A DNA stretch of 51,160 nt from the NCBI GenBank assembly GCA_038128265.1, contig JAYPJE010000006.1, positions 9,252 through 60,411 on the forward strand. Direction: 5' to 3'. The notes below the pieces were generated by a model. It had not been told where the DNA came from and did no database searches. It worked only from the letters and a program-made list of their open reading frames with translations. The translations under genes were made by a program, and so were the position numbers. This document shows positions 35,874 to 43,770 of the stretch, in pieces. How positions within the stretch are numbered: position 1 is the stretch's first letter; each line of letters opens with the position of its first letter. This DNA is from Gemmatimonadota bacterium. Lineage in GTDB: Bacteria > Latescibacterota > UBA2968 > UBA8231.

Positions 35874-36920
35874 TTATTTGATAGCCACTTCCTTGCCCTT
35901 AGCGGCCGATTCGTAGATGCCATCCAGCATCTTCTGCACCATCAGACCGTGCTCGCCCGGAGCCATCGTCGGCTGGTTATACAGCACGTGATCGACAAAG
36001 TTACGCATCTTGGCACCAAAGGCGTCGGTATTGGGCAACCAGTTGGGTTCCGTATTGACCATGTAGTTATTCTCATCGCTGAACAGACCGGGCGGATCCC
36101 ACGAAGCGCCCCCCTTCTCACCCATGATGGTGAAATTCCAGGCATTCTTCTCGATATGCGCGGCAAAGCTAGCTTCTAGGTGCAGCGTCGCACCGTTGTC
36201 GAAACGGATCAAACCGACGGCTAGGTCCTCGACGGTGTAGGTCTTGTAATCCCAGTTGGGCCACTGCGACACCACGTCGGACTTCTTGTCACCCAGATAG
36301 GTGTAGGTACTGCCGCAGGCGGCCACCGGCTTGGGTGAGCCCATGACAAAGTGCGTCATTTCCAGCGCGTGCACGCCGATGTCGATCATTGGTCCACCGC
36401 CCTGCAGGTCTTTGCGGCCAAAAACGCCCCAGTTGGGAATGCCGCGGCGGCGCAGCGCGTGCACGCGAGCGTATACCACTTTACCCATTTGCCCCCTGTC
36501 GACGGCATTTTTGACAAAGGCCGTTTTGGAATCAAAGCGATACTGGAAGCCGATAACAAGCTTGCGGCGATTTTTCTTGGCCGCATCGAGCATTTTCTGT
36601 CCTTCGCGCGCATTCATAGCCAGCGGCTTCTCGACGATGACGTGGGCGCCAGCATTGAGCGCGGCAATGGAACAGGGTGCGTGTAGACCGTTGGGCGTGC
36701 AAACGCTGACGGCGTCCGGCTGCACGGTCTTCAACATCTTCTTGTAGTCGGTAAACGCCTCACCGATGCCAAATTCCTCGCAGCGCCGCTGCACGCTATC
36801 GGCGACCACGTCGGAGGCAGCTACCATTTCGACGTCGTCCATATCTTTGAGGTAGCGCATGTGCGCCCCGGCAATTCCGCCGGCACCGATAAAGGCAACG
36901 CGCAGTTTTTTCTTACCCAT
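35874..36920 (-). CDS. Gfo/Idh/MocA family oxidoreductase
   Basis: IGAGGIA, VCTPNGLH, VEKPLA, GGGPMIDIGVHALE and VEDLA. Confidence 0.94.
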   Translation of the reverse strand: MGKKKLRVAFIGAGGIAGAHMRYLKDMDDVEMVAASDVVADSVQRRCEEFGIGEAFTDYKKMLKTVQPDAVSVCTPNGLHAPCSIAALNAGAHVIVEKPLAMNAREGQKMLDAAKKNRRKLVIGFQYRFDSKTAFVKNAVDRGQMGKVVYARVHALRRRGIPNWGVFGRKDLQGGGPMIDIGVHALEMTHFVMGSPKPVAACGSTYTYLGDKKSDVVSQWPNWDYKTYTVEDLAVGLIRFDNGATLHLEASFAAHIEKNAWNFTIMGEKGGASWDPPGLFSDENNYMVNTEPNWLPNTDAFGAKMRNFVDHVLYNQPTMAPGEHGLMVQKMLDGIYESAAKGKEVAIK

Positions 36921-37036
36921 TTTTTTCCTTTTTTCGAACTAGTTGCTGAAGCAGCTAAGTATGTGGTGTGAGATCACTGTTGCAGATAAGTTAATGGGCT
37001 TTGTGCTGACGGCAAGAGAGGCACAGCACATACGAC

Positions 37037-37068
37037 GAGGGCGCGCAGCCACCCAGCTGCGCGCCCTC
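37037..37068. terminator. Perfect 13-bp GC-rich hairpin downstream of the DUF6807-like gene
   Basis: GAGGGCGCGCAGC-CACCCA-GCTGCGCGCCCTC; no U-tract on the minus strand. Confidence 0.55.
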
Positions 37069-37087
37069 TGCAATCTTCGCGATAACT

Positions 37088-38005
37088 CTATTGCTGAAAT
37101 GCTGCGATGTGCTCTCTGACCGCGGCGTGCCCGTCGACACCGCGCCCCGGATGCACGATATGGCGAAAGCGAAAGACGCGCTGCTCCCCACCGGGAATGG
37201 TCCAGCTGGCATCAATGCTCTCGTCCCCTTTGAAATCGTGCACGCCAAAAGGATTGGCGGTAAACAGGCCGTAGCCGCGCACGTGCCAGTAGGTCGGAAA
37301 GAGCGGATTGTCCTTGTGGTCAACGACGGTGTGCCCCCACTCCTGTCCGCTGGCCAGCGGGCCCGAATAGTCGACCCACGCCGCCTGCACGCCCCACGTC
37401 TCCTCTGTGCCCTCGCCGTTTTCAAACACCTGCCCTTCGGAGTTTTCGATCCGCCCGTGGTCTTTGGCATCCATTGAGGTCGGCACGCGAATAGAGTAGA
37501 GCCCCCCCTCTTTTGTATCGCCAAAGGTCACGTCGCCGTGGACGGCGCGAAACTCGCTGCGCTGGTCGATTATGCGCAGTTCGCCTTCAACGCGAATGGA
37601 GATACTGCGCCGCTCCTCCAGCAGTTTCTGCCCTTCGGGACCGTACCAGTCGACGATGCCGTCAATCTGCGCTGCGCCGTCGACGACGCCGACTACGGGC
37701 TGGCCGCGCTGCAGCATGGCACCGTGGTCTGTGCTTTCGTCCCACAGATTGTATCCATTGACCAAACCGTGCGCCGTATAGACGCTTCGGTGGTGGTAGT
37801 GATCCTGCTTTTCGCCTTCGACGTCTTCCATCGGGTAAGCGCGGGTTAGCCCCTGACCATCCGGCGTGTTAAACGGATAAAAATAGGGCCGGCACGCATA
37901 GTGGCCGTAGCGATACTCCGTAAAAAGCGTGCCGTCAATTGTTACAACGGCTTTGTTTTCATCGGGTTGCAACTGGATATTGATCATCTGCCCACTCCCA
38001 TTCAA
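37088..38005 (-). CDS. DUF6807/'PmoA'-family (PF14100-like) protein, probably carbohydrate-related; not a methane monooxygenase
   Basis: FTEYRY...RPYFYP, DHYHHRS, FGDTKEGG..IRV, WVDYSG and WHVRGYGLFTANPFG. Start may instead be ATG 37987. Confidence 0.8.
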   Translation of the reverse strand: MNGSGQMINIQLQPDENKAVVTIDGTLFTEYRYGHYACRPYFYPFNTPDGQGLTRAYPMEDVEGEKQDHYHHRSVYTAHGLVNGYNLWDESTDHGAMLQRGQPVVGVVDGAAQIDGIVDWYGPEGQKLLEERRSISIRVEGELRIIDQRSEFRAVHGDVTFGDTKEGGLYSIRVPTSMDAKDHGRIENSEGQVFENGEGTEETWGVQAAWVDYSGPLASGQEWGHTVVDHKDNPLFPTYWHVRGYGLFTANPFGVHDFKGDESIDASWTIPGGEQRVFRFRHIVHPGRGVDGHAAVREHIAAFQQ

Positions 38006-38047
38006 ATCGTTCTGGGGCCCGTCGGGCCGGGTTATACGAGGCTCGGC

Positions 38048-39403
38048 TCAAGCCGCCTTGCCACAGCACCTCTTGTACTTATTGCCGCTGCCACATGGAC
38101 ACGGATCGTTGCGCCCTGGATCGACGCGCTGCCGCGCGGCTTCTCTTTGCGCATCCATCTGCCGCGCCCACTCCATAACGTTGGCCGCTGGTCGCCCGCG
38201 CCCCACTTCGTTGGCCATAAAGCGCATATAGGGGTCGGCGTGCGAGAAGAACATCTTGTAGCCCTTGCACAGGTAGTTTAAACCGGCCTCTCCCTGTGGC
38301 GTGCGCGTAAAGCGCTGTTTGGGACAGCCGCCGTTGCAGGCAAAGCGGTAGTCGCACTCGACGCAGTACTGTGGCAGGGTGTCTTCTTTGTCGTTGCCAA
38401 ACTTTTCCTGCTGCGGGCTGGCCACCATATCGCGTATGGATTCCTCGTGCACATTGCCCAGTCGATAGTCGGGGTAGACAAAGTGATCGCAGGAATAGAG
38501 GTCGCCATTGTGTTCGATAATCAGCGCCTTACCGCAGGTGCGGGCAAAGATGCAGAGGCTGGGGTCCTGCCCCATCCAAGCACCCAGCGCCGTGTCGTAC
38601 ATTTGTATGAATACGCGACCGACGTCGTTGCGCACCCACTCGTCGAAGATCCGACACAAGAAGCGTCCGTATTGGGTCGGCCCCACGGACCAGCGCGTCA
38701 CCAGCGCCTTGCCTTCGAATGTTGGGTCGACCAGTTCCAACCCATCGTCTTCTGGCTGATCTGCCGAGCGCTCGACGATGGGGATAAACTGCATAAAGCC
38801 GCTGCCCTCGTCGCGCAGAAAGCGGTAGATTTCCAGCGGGTGATCGGCGTTGTGATTCTGCAGAACGGTCAGCGTATTAAATTCGACCTCGTGGCGCTTA
38901 AGCGTCTGCAGACCGGCATAGACGCGATCAAACGTCGGCTTTTGCCCCTTGTCGACGCGGTAGCGATCGTGGAACTCGCGCGGTCCGTCTATCGAAAGCC
39001 CAACGAGAAACTTCTGCTCGTGAAGGAAAGCTCCCCACTCATCGTCGAGCAGGATGCCGTTGGTCTGAAAGGCATTGGTAATGGCCTTGCCGTTAGCGTA
39101 GCGCTGCTGCAGTTCAACGGCGCGACGAAAGAAGTCCAAGCCCATCAGCGTCGGCTCGCCGCCCTGCCACGCGAAGTTGACGACCGGCACGTCCTGCGCC
39201 TCTATGTACTGTTTGACATAGAGCTCAAGCGTTTCGTCCTCCATGCGCCAGCTCTTGCGCGCATCCGGATAGAGTTTCTCTTTCTCCAGATAGAAACAAT
39301 ATTTGCAGTCGATATTGCACACCGAGCCCGACGGCTTGGCCATCACGTGACAGGATGCGGGCTCTGTTTGGACTTGGGGTTGTGGTGCGGCAGTTTCACT
39401 CAT
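38048..39403 (-). CDS. Anaerobic sulfatase maturase (anSME, AslB/ChuR-like radical SAM-SPASM) with SEC-C tail
   Basis: CNIDCKYCFY, WQGGEPTL, QTNG; SPASM cysteines in CIFARTC, YSCDHFV and CVECDYRFACNGGCPK; SEC-C GRNDPCPCGSGNKYKRCC. Confidence 0.95.
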   Translation of the reverse strand: MSETAAPQPQVQTEPASCHVMAKPSGSVCNIDCKYCFYLEKEKLYPDARKSWRMEDETLELYVKQYIEAQDVPVVNFAWQGGEPTLMGLDFFRRAVELQQRYANGKAITNAFQTNGILLDDEWGAFLHEQKFLVGLSIDGPREFHDRYRVDKGQKPTFDRVYAGLQTLKRHEVEFNTLTVLQNHNADHPLEIYRFLRDEGSGFMQFIPIVERSADQPEDDGLELVDPTFEGKALVTRWSVGPTQYGRFLCRIFDEWVRNDVGRVFIQMYDTALGAWMGQDPSLCIFARTCGKALIIEHNGDLYSCDHFVYPDYRLGNVHEESIRDMVASPQQEKFGNDKEDTLPQYCVECDYRFACNGGCPKQRFTRTPQGEAGLNYLCKGYKMFFSHADPYMRFMANEVGRGRPAANVMEWARQMDAQREAARQRVDPGRNDPCPCGSGNKYKRCCGKAA

Positions 39404-39488
39404 AAGACTCGCTCTACACAGCTTTCGTATGTGGGGCTTATGATAGCCTTTTCACTGCTCCGATGCAATACCAACTAAGGGACACGCG

Positions 39489-40181
39489 ATGCGCACGCTC
39501 ATCGTCGGCGATGTACACGGATGTGCTGAGGAACTCGGCGAATTGCTATCTGCAGTCCACTTTGTCGTGGGGCGAGACCGCCTGCTGCTAACCGGCGATG
39601 CCTTCGCGCGCGGCCCCGACCCGCTTGGCGTCTGGCAGCGCATCTGCGAGTGCAGGGCGGAGATGGTGCTGGGCAATCACGACGTGCGCCTGCGCCAGCA
39701 GTTGGGCGACCTGCTGCAGGGGAACGATCCGGGGCGCACCAAACCCGACCAGCGCTACGCGCTGCGCCAGCTCGAACCGGTGCAGGATGCACTGCATGCC
39801 TGGCTAGAGGCCCTGCCGCTGTACATCGACAACACCGCTTTTCTACTGGTCCACGCTGGCATCAACCCCGAGCGCGGCTTGACCGGCACCAGCGCCGATG
39901 AGTTCGTCGCCATCCGCACCTGGCCGCCCGTCAAAGACAGCATTGAAGGTCCGCGCTGGCACGATTTTTATGCGCCGTCTGACCATCCCCTGCTGGTCTT
40001 TGGCCACGACGCACCGGGCGGTCTCGTCGTCAAGCGGCACAAGCGGCGCGTGTATCTTTTGGGCCTGGATACCGGCTGCGTCTACGGGGGCGCCCTCACC
40101 GGCTATGTGCTTGAAGAACATCGCCTCGTGCGGGTAGCGAGCCGACAGACACCCAACGCGTGGCAGCAGCGCGACGCCTAG
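39489..40181 (+). CDS. Metallophosphoesterase (ApaH/PrpE-like calcineurin fold)
   Basis: GDVHGC, GDAFARGP, GNHD, VHAG, FGH and LDTGCVYGG. Confidence 0.92.
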   Translation: MRTLIVGDVHGCAEELGELLSAVHFVVGRDRLLLTGDAFARGPDPLGVWQRICECRAEMVLGNHDVRLRQQLGDLLQGNDPGRTKPDQRYALRQLEPVQDALHAWLEALPLYIDNTAFLLVHAGINPERGLTGTSADEFVAIRTWPPVKDSIEGPRWHDFYAPSDHPLLVFGHDAPGGLVVKRHKRRVYLLGLDTGCVYGGALTGYVLEEHRLVRVASRQTPNAWQQRDA

Positions 40182-40876
40182 CCGCGCTGGCTGGCCCGCT
40201 CTACCAGATGCTCAAACAGGCGGTCCCACGCCGAGCCCGGCATCGCCTCCGGATGGAACTGCACCCCCACCAGCCGCCCCTCTTCGCCTTCAATCGCCTC
40301 GATCAGACCGTCGTCAGAATGCGCGCTAACCTGCAGCCCCTGACCCACCTGCTCGACGGCCTGTAGGTGAAAGCTGTTGGCTGCAACGCGGGTCTGCCCG
40401 ACGATCGCGGCCAGCGCAGACCCATCGCTGAGCGCAATATCGTGCATTATATCGCGCCCCCTCGTCCGCTTGGGCGAGTGGGGCACGACACCCAATTGGC
40501 CCTGCACGTCGGCGTAGAGCGTGCCGCCCAGACGCGCATTGATAAACTGCATGCCATAGCAGATACCCAGCATCGGACGATGCCGTTCCTGCAGCGCTTC
40601 AAAAGCGGCACAGTCGGACTGCCAGCGGTGCATATCTACGGCGGGCAAATCGTCCGGTAGCTCGCCGACGAGGCCCTGCGTAATACCGGGGCCACCCGTA
40701 ATGACTAGCCCATCAAGCATATCGAGCAGCGGGCGCTGCGCTTGGGGCGCGGCCGTCTGGGCAACGATAACCGGCACACCTCCGGCTCGCTCGACCGCAT
40801 CGACGTAGCGCCGCTGCAGCACCTGAGCTGTTTCCGTCAGGCTCGTCGTAATGCCAATGAGCGGACGCCCCATCAT
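40178..40876 (-). CDS. Peptidase C26 / gamma-glutamyl-GABA hydrolase-like class I glutamine amidotransferase
   Basis: RPLIGIT, YVDAVERAGG, GICYGMQ (Cys nucleophile), NSFHLQ and QFHPE; ATGA overlap with the upstream gene. Confidence 0.92.
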   Translation of the reverse strand: MMGRPLIGITTSLTETAQVLQRRYVDAVERAGGVPVIVAQTAAPQAQRPLLDMLDGLVITGGPGITQGLVGELPDDLPAVDMHRWQSDCAAFEALQERHRPMLGICYGMQFINARLGGTLYADVQGQLGVVPHSPKRTRGRDIMHDIALSDGSALAAIVGQTRVAANSFHLQAVEQVGQGLQVSAHSDDGLIEAIEGEEGRLVGVQFHPEAMPGSAWDRLFEHLVERASQRG

Positions 40877-42183
40877 ACGCCGGCCTTCATACGCGCGAAG
40901 AATACGCTGTCGTCGAGCGCTGTCATCGCCGCAAAGCAGCATACGTCCTGACGCCGCGGATCGAGGGCGCCAACCACTTTGCGCACAGCGGCCCACTGGT
41001 GGTCGCCGCGCGGCGACGCCGTCCACAGCGATTGGTTGAACTCCGCCTTTTCCTCATCGCTCTTATCGCTGGCCCGTGCGCCCAGCCAGGCGAGCACGGC
41101 TTCGTCGTCGACGCATGCGTTCATTGCCTCGGCAAATTCAACTGCTGTAGTGCCGACCAATTCGAGCACCGCGCGGTCAAAGCCGGAGTCATCGCCGAAC
41201 CAGTAGGATCCCAGCATCCGACAGTTATAGGCGCGGGCCTTATCGATGGCACGGGCCAGCCCGGCGATACCGGCCACGCTCGCATCGTAAATGCTGCGCG
41301 GCGCATGTCGGCGCAGGTCGACCACGCCAAAGCTCAGCTCATCGTCGACATCCATCAGATCAAAGTAGGTATCTACATCGCTGCGATCGCACCCCACTTC
41401 TTCTCGACGGCGCAAAAAGGCGGCGCGCACCTCGCCAAAGCGCCCAAACTGAGCGCGCAGCGCGTTGAAGGTGCACTTTTCCGGCGGCGTTTTTTCGACG
41501 CGCTGGCCAATCCATTCCGACAGCTCGGTATCGTTGGGGTTGGCATAGGCTGCCTCCATAAAATCCGCGGCGCTGATGCCTAAAAATTCGAGAATGGCCT
41601 TATCTAGCCCCGAGTCATCGCCATAGCGATAGGCGCCTAACTTACCCGCGCGGGCTGCGCGCGCCTTATCGGCCATGCGCGCCGCACCCATTACGCCGAA
41701 CACGCTGCGCAAATAAGGGGTCCGCGGCGGCTGCACCGTCAGATCCATCTCGCGGAACTGACCCCAATCATCCAGTTCGAGCGAAGCAAAAATCGTCTTT
41801 ATGTCCGTGCGACCGGGCGCGTACTTCTCCAGGCGTTCTGCCAGCAGCGCGCGGTGGCGCTCGTCGTGCGGCTCGCGTTCGAGGCGTTCGCTGTTAAACG
41901 CGTCTATCTCGTCCTGCGTGCGCCCAATCTGCTCGATGGACTCGCGCACGCGGACCACGAGCTCTTCGTCGCTCAGCGCGTCGGCCGCATCGGCAAAATC
42001 CTCTGCACTCATACCAATGAGACCCAGCACTTCCGTATCGAGATTGGAATCGCTACCGTACAAATACGGCTCTACCGTTTCGCTATTATGCGCGCGCGCC
42101 TTGTCCGTCATGCGGGCCAGGCCAACGATACCAGCCATATTCACATTGGAGGGGCGGCGCGGCGGCTGTCTGGTTAAATCCAT
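40873..42183 (-). CDS. Protein of three tandem DUF5069-like domains (436 aa)
   Basis: ATG 42183 after AAAGGAG. Three ~143-aa units each begin DLxxxxPR...G.ARxxDKARA...YxxGxDSxxD. Confidence 0.82.
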   Translation of the reverse strand: MDLTRQPPRRPSNVNMAGIVGLARMTDKARAHNSETVEPYLYGSDSNLDTEVLGLIGMSAEDFADAADALSDEELVVRVRESIEQIGRTQDEIDAFNSERLEREPHDERHRALLAERLEKYAPGRTDIKTIFASLELDDWGQFREMDLTVQPPRTPYLRSVFGVMGAARMADKARAARAGKLGAYRYGDDSGLDKAILEFLGISAADFMEAAYANPNDTELSEWIGQRVEKTPPEKCTFNALRAQFGRFGEVRAAFLRRREEVGCDRSDVDTYFDLMDVDDELSFGVVDLRRHAPRSIYDASVAGIAGLARAIDKARAYNCRMLGSYWFGDDSGFDRAVLELVGTTAVEFAEAMNACVDDEAVLAWLGARASDKSDEEKAEFNQSLWTASPRGDHQWAAVRKVVGALDPRRQDVCCFAAMTALDDSVFFARMKAGV

Positions 42184-42244
42184 GTATCTACACTCCTTTT
42201 GCGTGTGCCCATACAAAATACGACAGCGCGCAGAAGCAGCAATA

Positions 42245-42273
42245 TTGACGCCGTATGCCCCCCCGCATATACT
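42245..42273 (+). promoter_or_regulatory. Sigma-70 promoter of mutM (probably leaderless transcript)
   Basis: TTGACG(42245-42250)-N17-TATACT(42268-42273); ATG follows 7 nt later and there is no SD. Confidence 0.7.
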
Positions 42274-42280
42274 CCTTCGC

Positions 42281-43090
42281 ATGCCCGAACTACCCGAAGT
42301 AGAAACCGTGCGCCGCGCAATGCAAGAAGCCCTGCCCGGACGTGCAATTCGCCGCGTAGAGACGTCCGACAAACGCCTGCGAGAGCAGCTCGACCGGCCG
42401 CGCCTGCAGAGTCTGCACGGCGAGCGCTTTACCGGTGCGCGGCGCCGGGCCAAGTACCTCTTGCTCGACCTAGACTCCGGCGCAACGCTGCTGGTCCACT
42501 TGGGCATGAGCGGCAACTTGCTCTTGCGCGACCCCGGCGCCAAACACGACCACGTCGTTTTTCACCTCGACGGTGAACGACCGCTCGTCTTTAACGATCC
42601 TCGGCGTTTCGGCATGGTGCTCGTGCTCGAAGAGGGCGAGGAAGAACAGTGTCGCTACTTGAACAATCTCGGCGCAGAGCCGCTTACGGCATCGTTTAAT
42701 ACGCGCTATCTAGCCGCCGCTTGCCGCGAGCGTGGCACCCCAATAAAAAATCTTATTATGGATGGCCATATCGTCGTTGGCGTCGGCAATATATACGCCA
42801 GCGAATCGCTCTATTATGCCGGCATCAATCCGCAAACGCCAGCGGGCGCGATTGCCGAAGAGGCGCTGGCCGAACTGGTCCGTTCGATCAAGCGCGTATT
42901 GCGCAACGCCGTGCGCAAAGGCGGCACGACGATAAGCGATTATCTGGGTTCGGGGGAAGGGGGGCGCTTTCAACAGCGACTCGCCGTCTATGGACGGGCC
43001 GGACAGCCTTGTCGTCGCTGCAAAGGCGCGCTGCAAAGTACCGTCATGGGCGGGCGCAACACGTTTTTCTGCCCGCGCTGTCAGCAATAA
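42281..43090 (+). CDS. mutM: Formamidopyrimidine-DNA glycosylase
   Basis: N-terminal MPELPEVE, RRAKYL, HLGMSG, DPRRFG, GVGNIYASE and zinc finger CRRC...CPRCQ. Confidence 0.97.
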   Translation: MPELPEVETVRRAMQEALPGRAIRRVETSDKRLREQLDRPRLQSLHGERFTGARRRAKYLLLDLDSGATLLVHLGMSGNLLLRDPGAKHDHVVFHLDGERPLVFNDPRRFGMVLVLEEGEEEQCRYLNNLGAEPLTASFNTRYLAAACRERGTPIKNLIMDGHIVVGVGNIYASESLYYAGINPQTPAGAIAEEALAELVRSIKRVLRNAVRKGGTTISDYLGSGEGGRFQQRLAVYGRAGQPCRRCKGALQSTVMGGRNTFFCPRCQQ

Positions 43091-43127
43091 AAAAGCGCCG
43101 AACCCCAGACGGGGAATCGGCGCTTTT
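43089..43127. terminator. Bidirectional intrinsic terminator between convergent mutM and clpP
   Basis: AAAAAAGCGCCGA-aCCCCagacGGGGaa-TCGGCGCTTTT: stem flanked by A- and T-tracts. Confidence 0.85.
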
Positions 43128-43146
43128 CGTCACATAGGACGATTTT

Positions 43147-43755
43147 TTAGCTCTTAACCTGGCCGTTGGGCATTGGTTCGGTCGTGGTAATTACATCGTC
43201 TATAATGCCGTAGTCCTTGGCCTCTGCCGCCGACATAAAAAAGTCGCGATCCGTGTCTTTGGCAATTTTCTCCACGTCCTGACCGGTGTGCTCGGCGTAG
43301 AGTTGGTTCAGCTCTTCGCGCAGGCGAATGGTCTCGCGCGCGCGGATGTCCAGGTCGGTCGCCGTGCCCGTCACCGTGCCCATAATCAGCGGCTGGTGAA
43401 TCATAATCCGTGCGTGCGGCCATGCGAAGCGGCGGCCGGGTTCGCCGGCTGAAAGCAGGAACGAGCCCATGCTCATAGCCATGCCAATGCAGACGGTGGA
43501 AACCGGCGCTTTGATGGCACGCATAGCGTCGTAAATGGCCATACCGTCGTGCACGGAGCCGCCCGGACTGTTGATATAGAGCACGATTTCCTTTTCCGGA
43601 TCTTCTGTATCAAGCGATAGCAGACGCGTGACGACGCCCCGTGCCGACTCGTCGTTGACGTCGGACCACAGAAATATTTTGCGCGCTTTATACAGGCTCA
43701 ATTCCAGGTTTTTTTCCTGGAGGTTTTTGAGCAGATCTTCGTTCTCTTCAGCCAT
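43147..43755 (-). CDS. clpP: ATP-dependent Clp protease proteolytic subunit
   Basis: [18 protein letters not shown] (Ser), IMIHQP (His) and [10 protein letters not shown] (Asp); GGAG SD. Confidence 0.96.
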   Translation of the reverse strand: MAEENEDLLKNLQEKNLELSLYKARKIFLWSDVNDESARGVVTRLLSLDTEDPEKEIVLYINSPGGSVHDGMAIYDAMRAIKAPVSTVCIGMAMSMGSFLLSAGEPGRRFAWPHARIMIHQPLIMGTVTGTATDLDIRARETIRLREELNQLYAEHTGQDVEKIAKDTDRDFFMSAAEAKDYGIIDDVITTTEPMPNGQVKS

Positions 43756-43770
43756 TTAACAATCTCCAAA

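Noticed and set aside
37088..38005. Particulate methane monooxygenase (from the 'PmoA' family name)
   Set aside because: The protein is soluble with no TM helices and there is no pmoC/pmoB nearby; the family name is misleading.
38447..39478. 343-aa plus-strand ORF and other long antisense ORFs (e.g. 6269-7036, 23530-24153, 33887-34603)
   Set aside because: Shadow frames of well-supported genes in GC-rich DNA, with no motifs or RBS.
41801..42543. Long N-terminal extensions of mutM and of the DUF5069 protein, implying a large overlap
   Set aside because: MutM must begin at MPELPEV (42281) and the DUF5069 gene has an SD at 42183; the extensions are ORF-caller artefacts. The same applies to 3651, 20397 and 41026.
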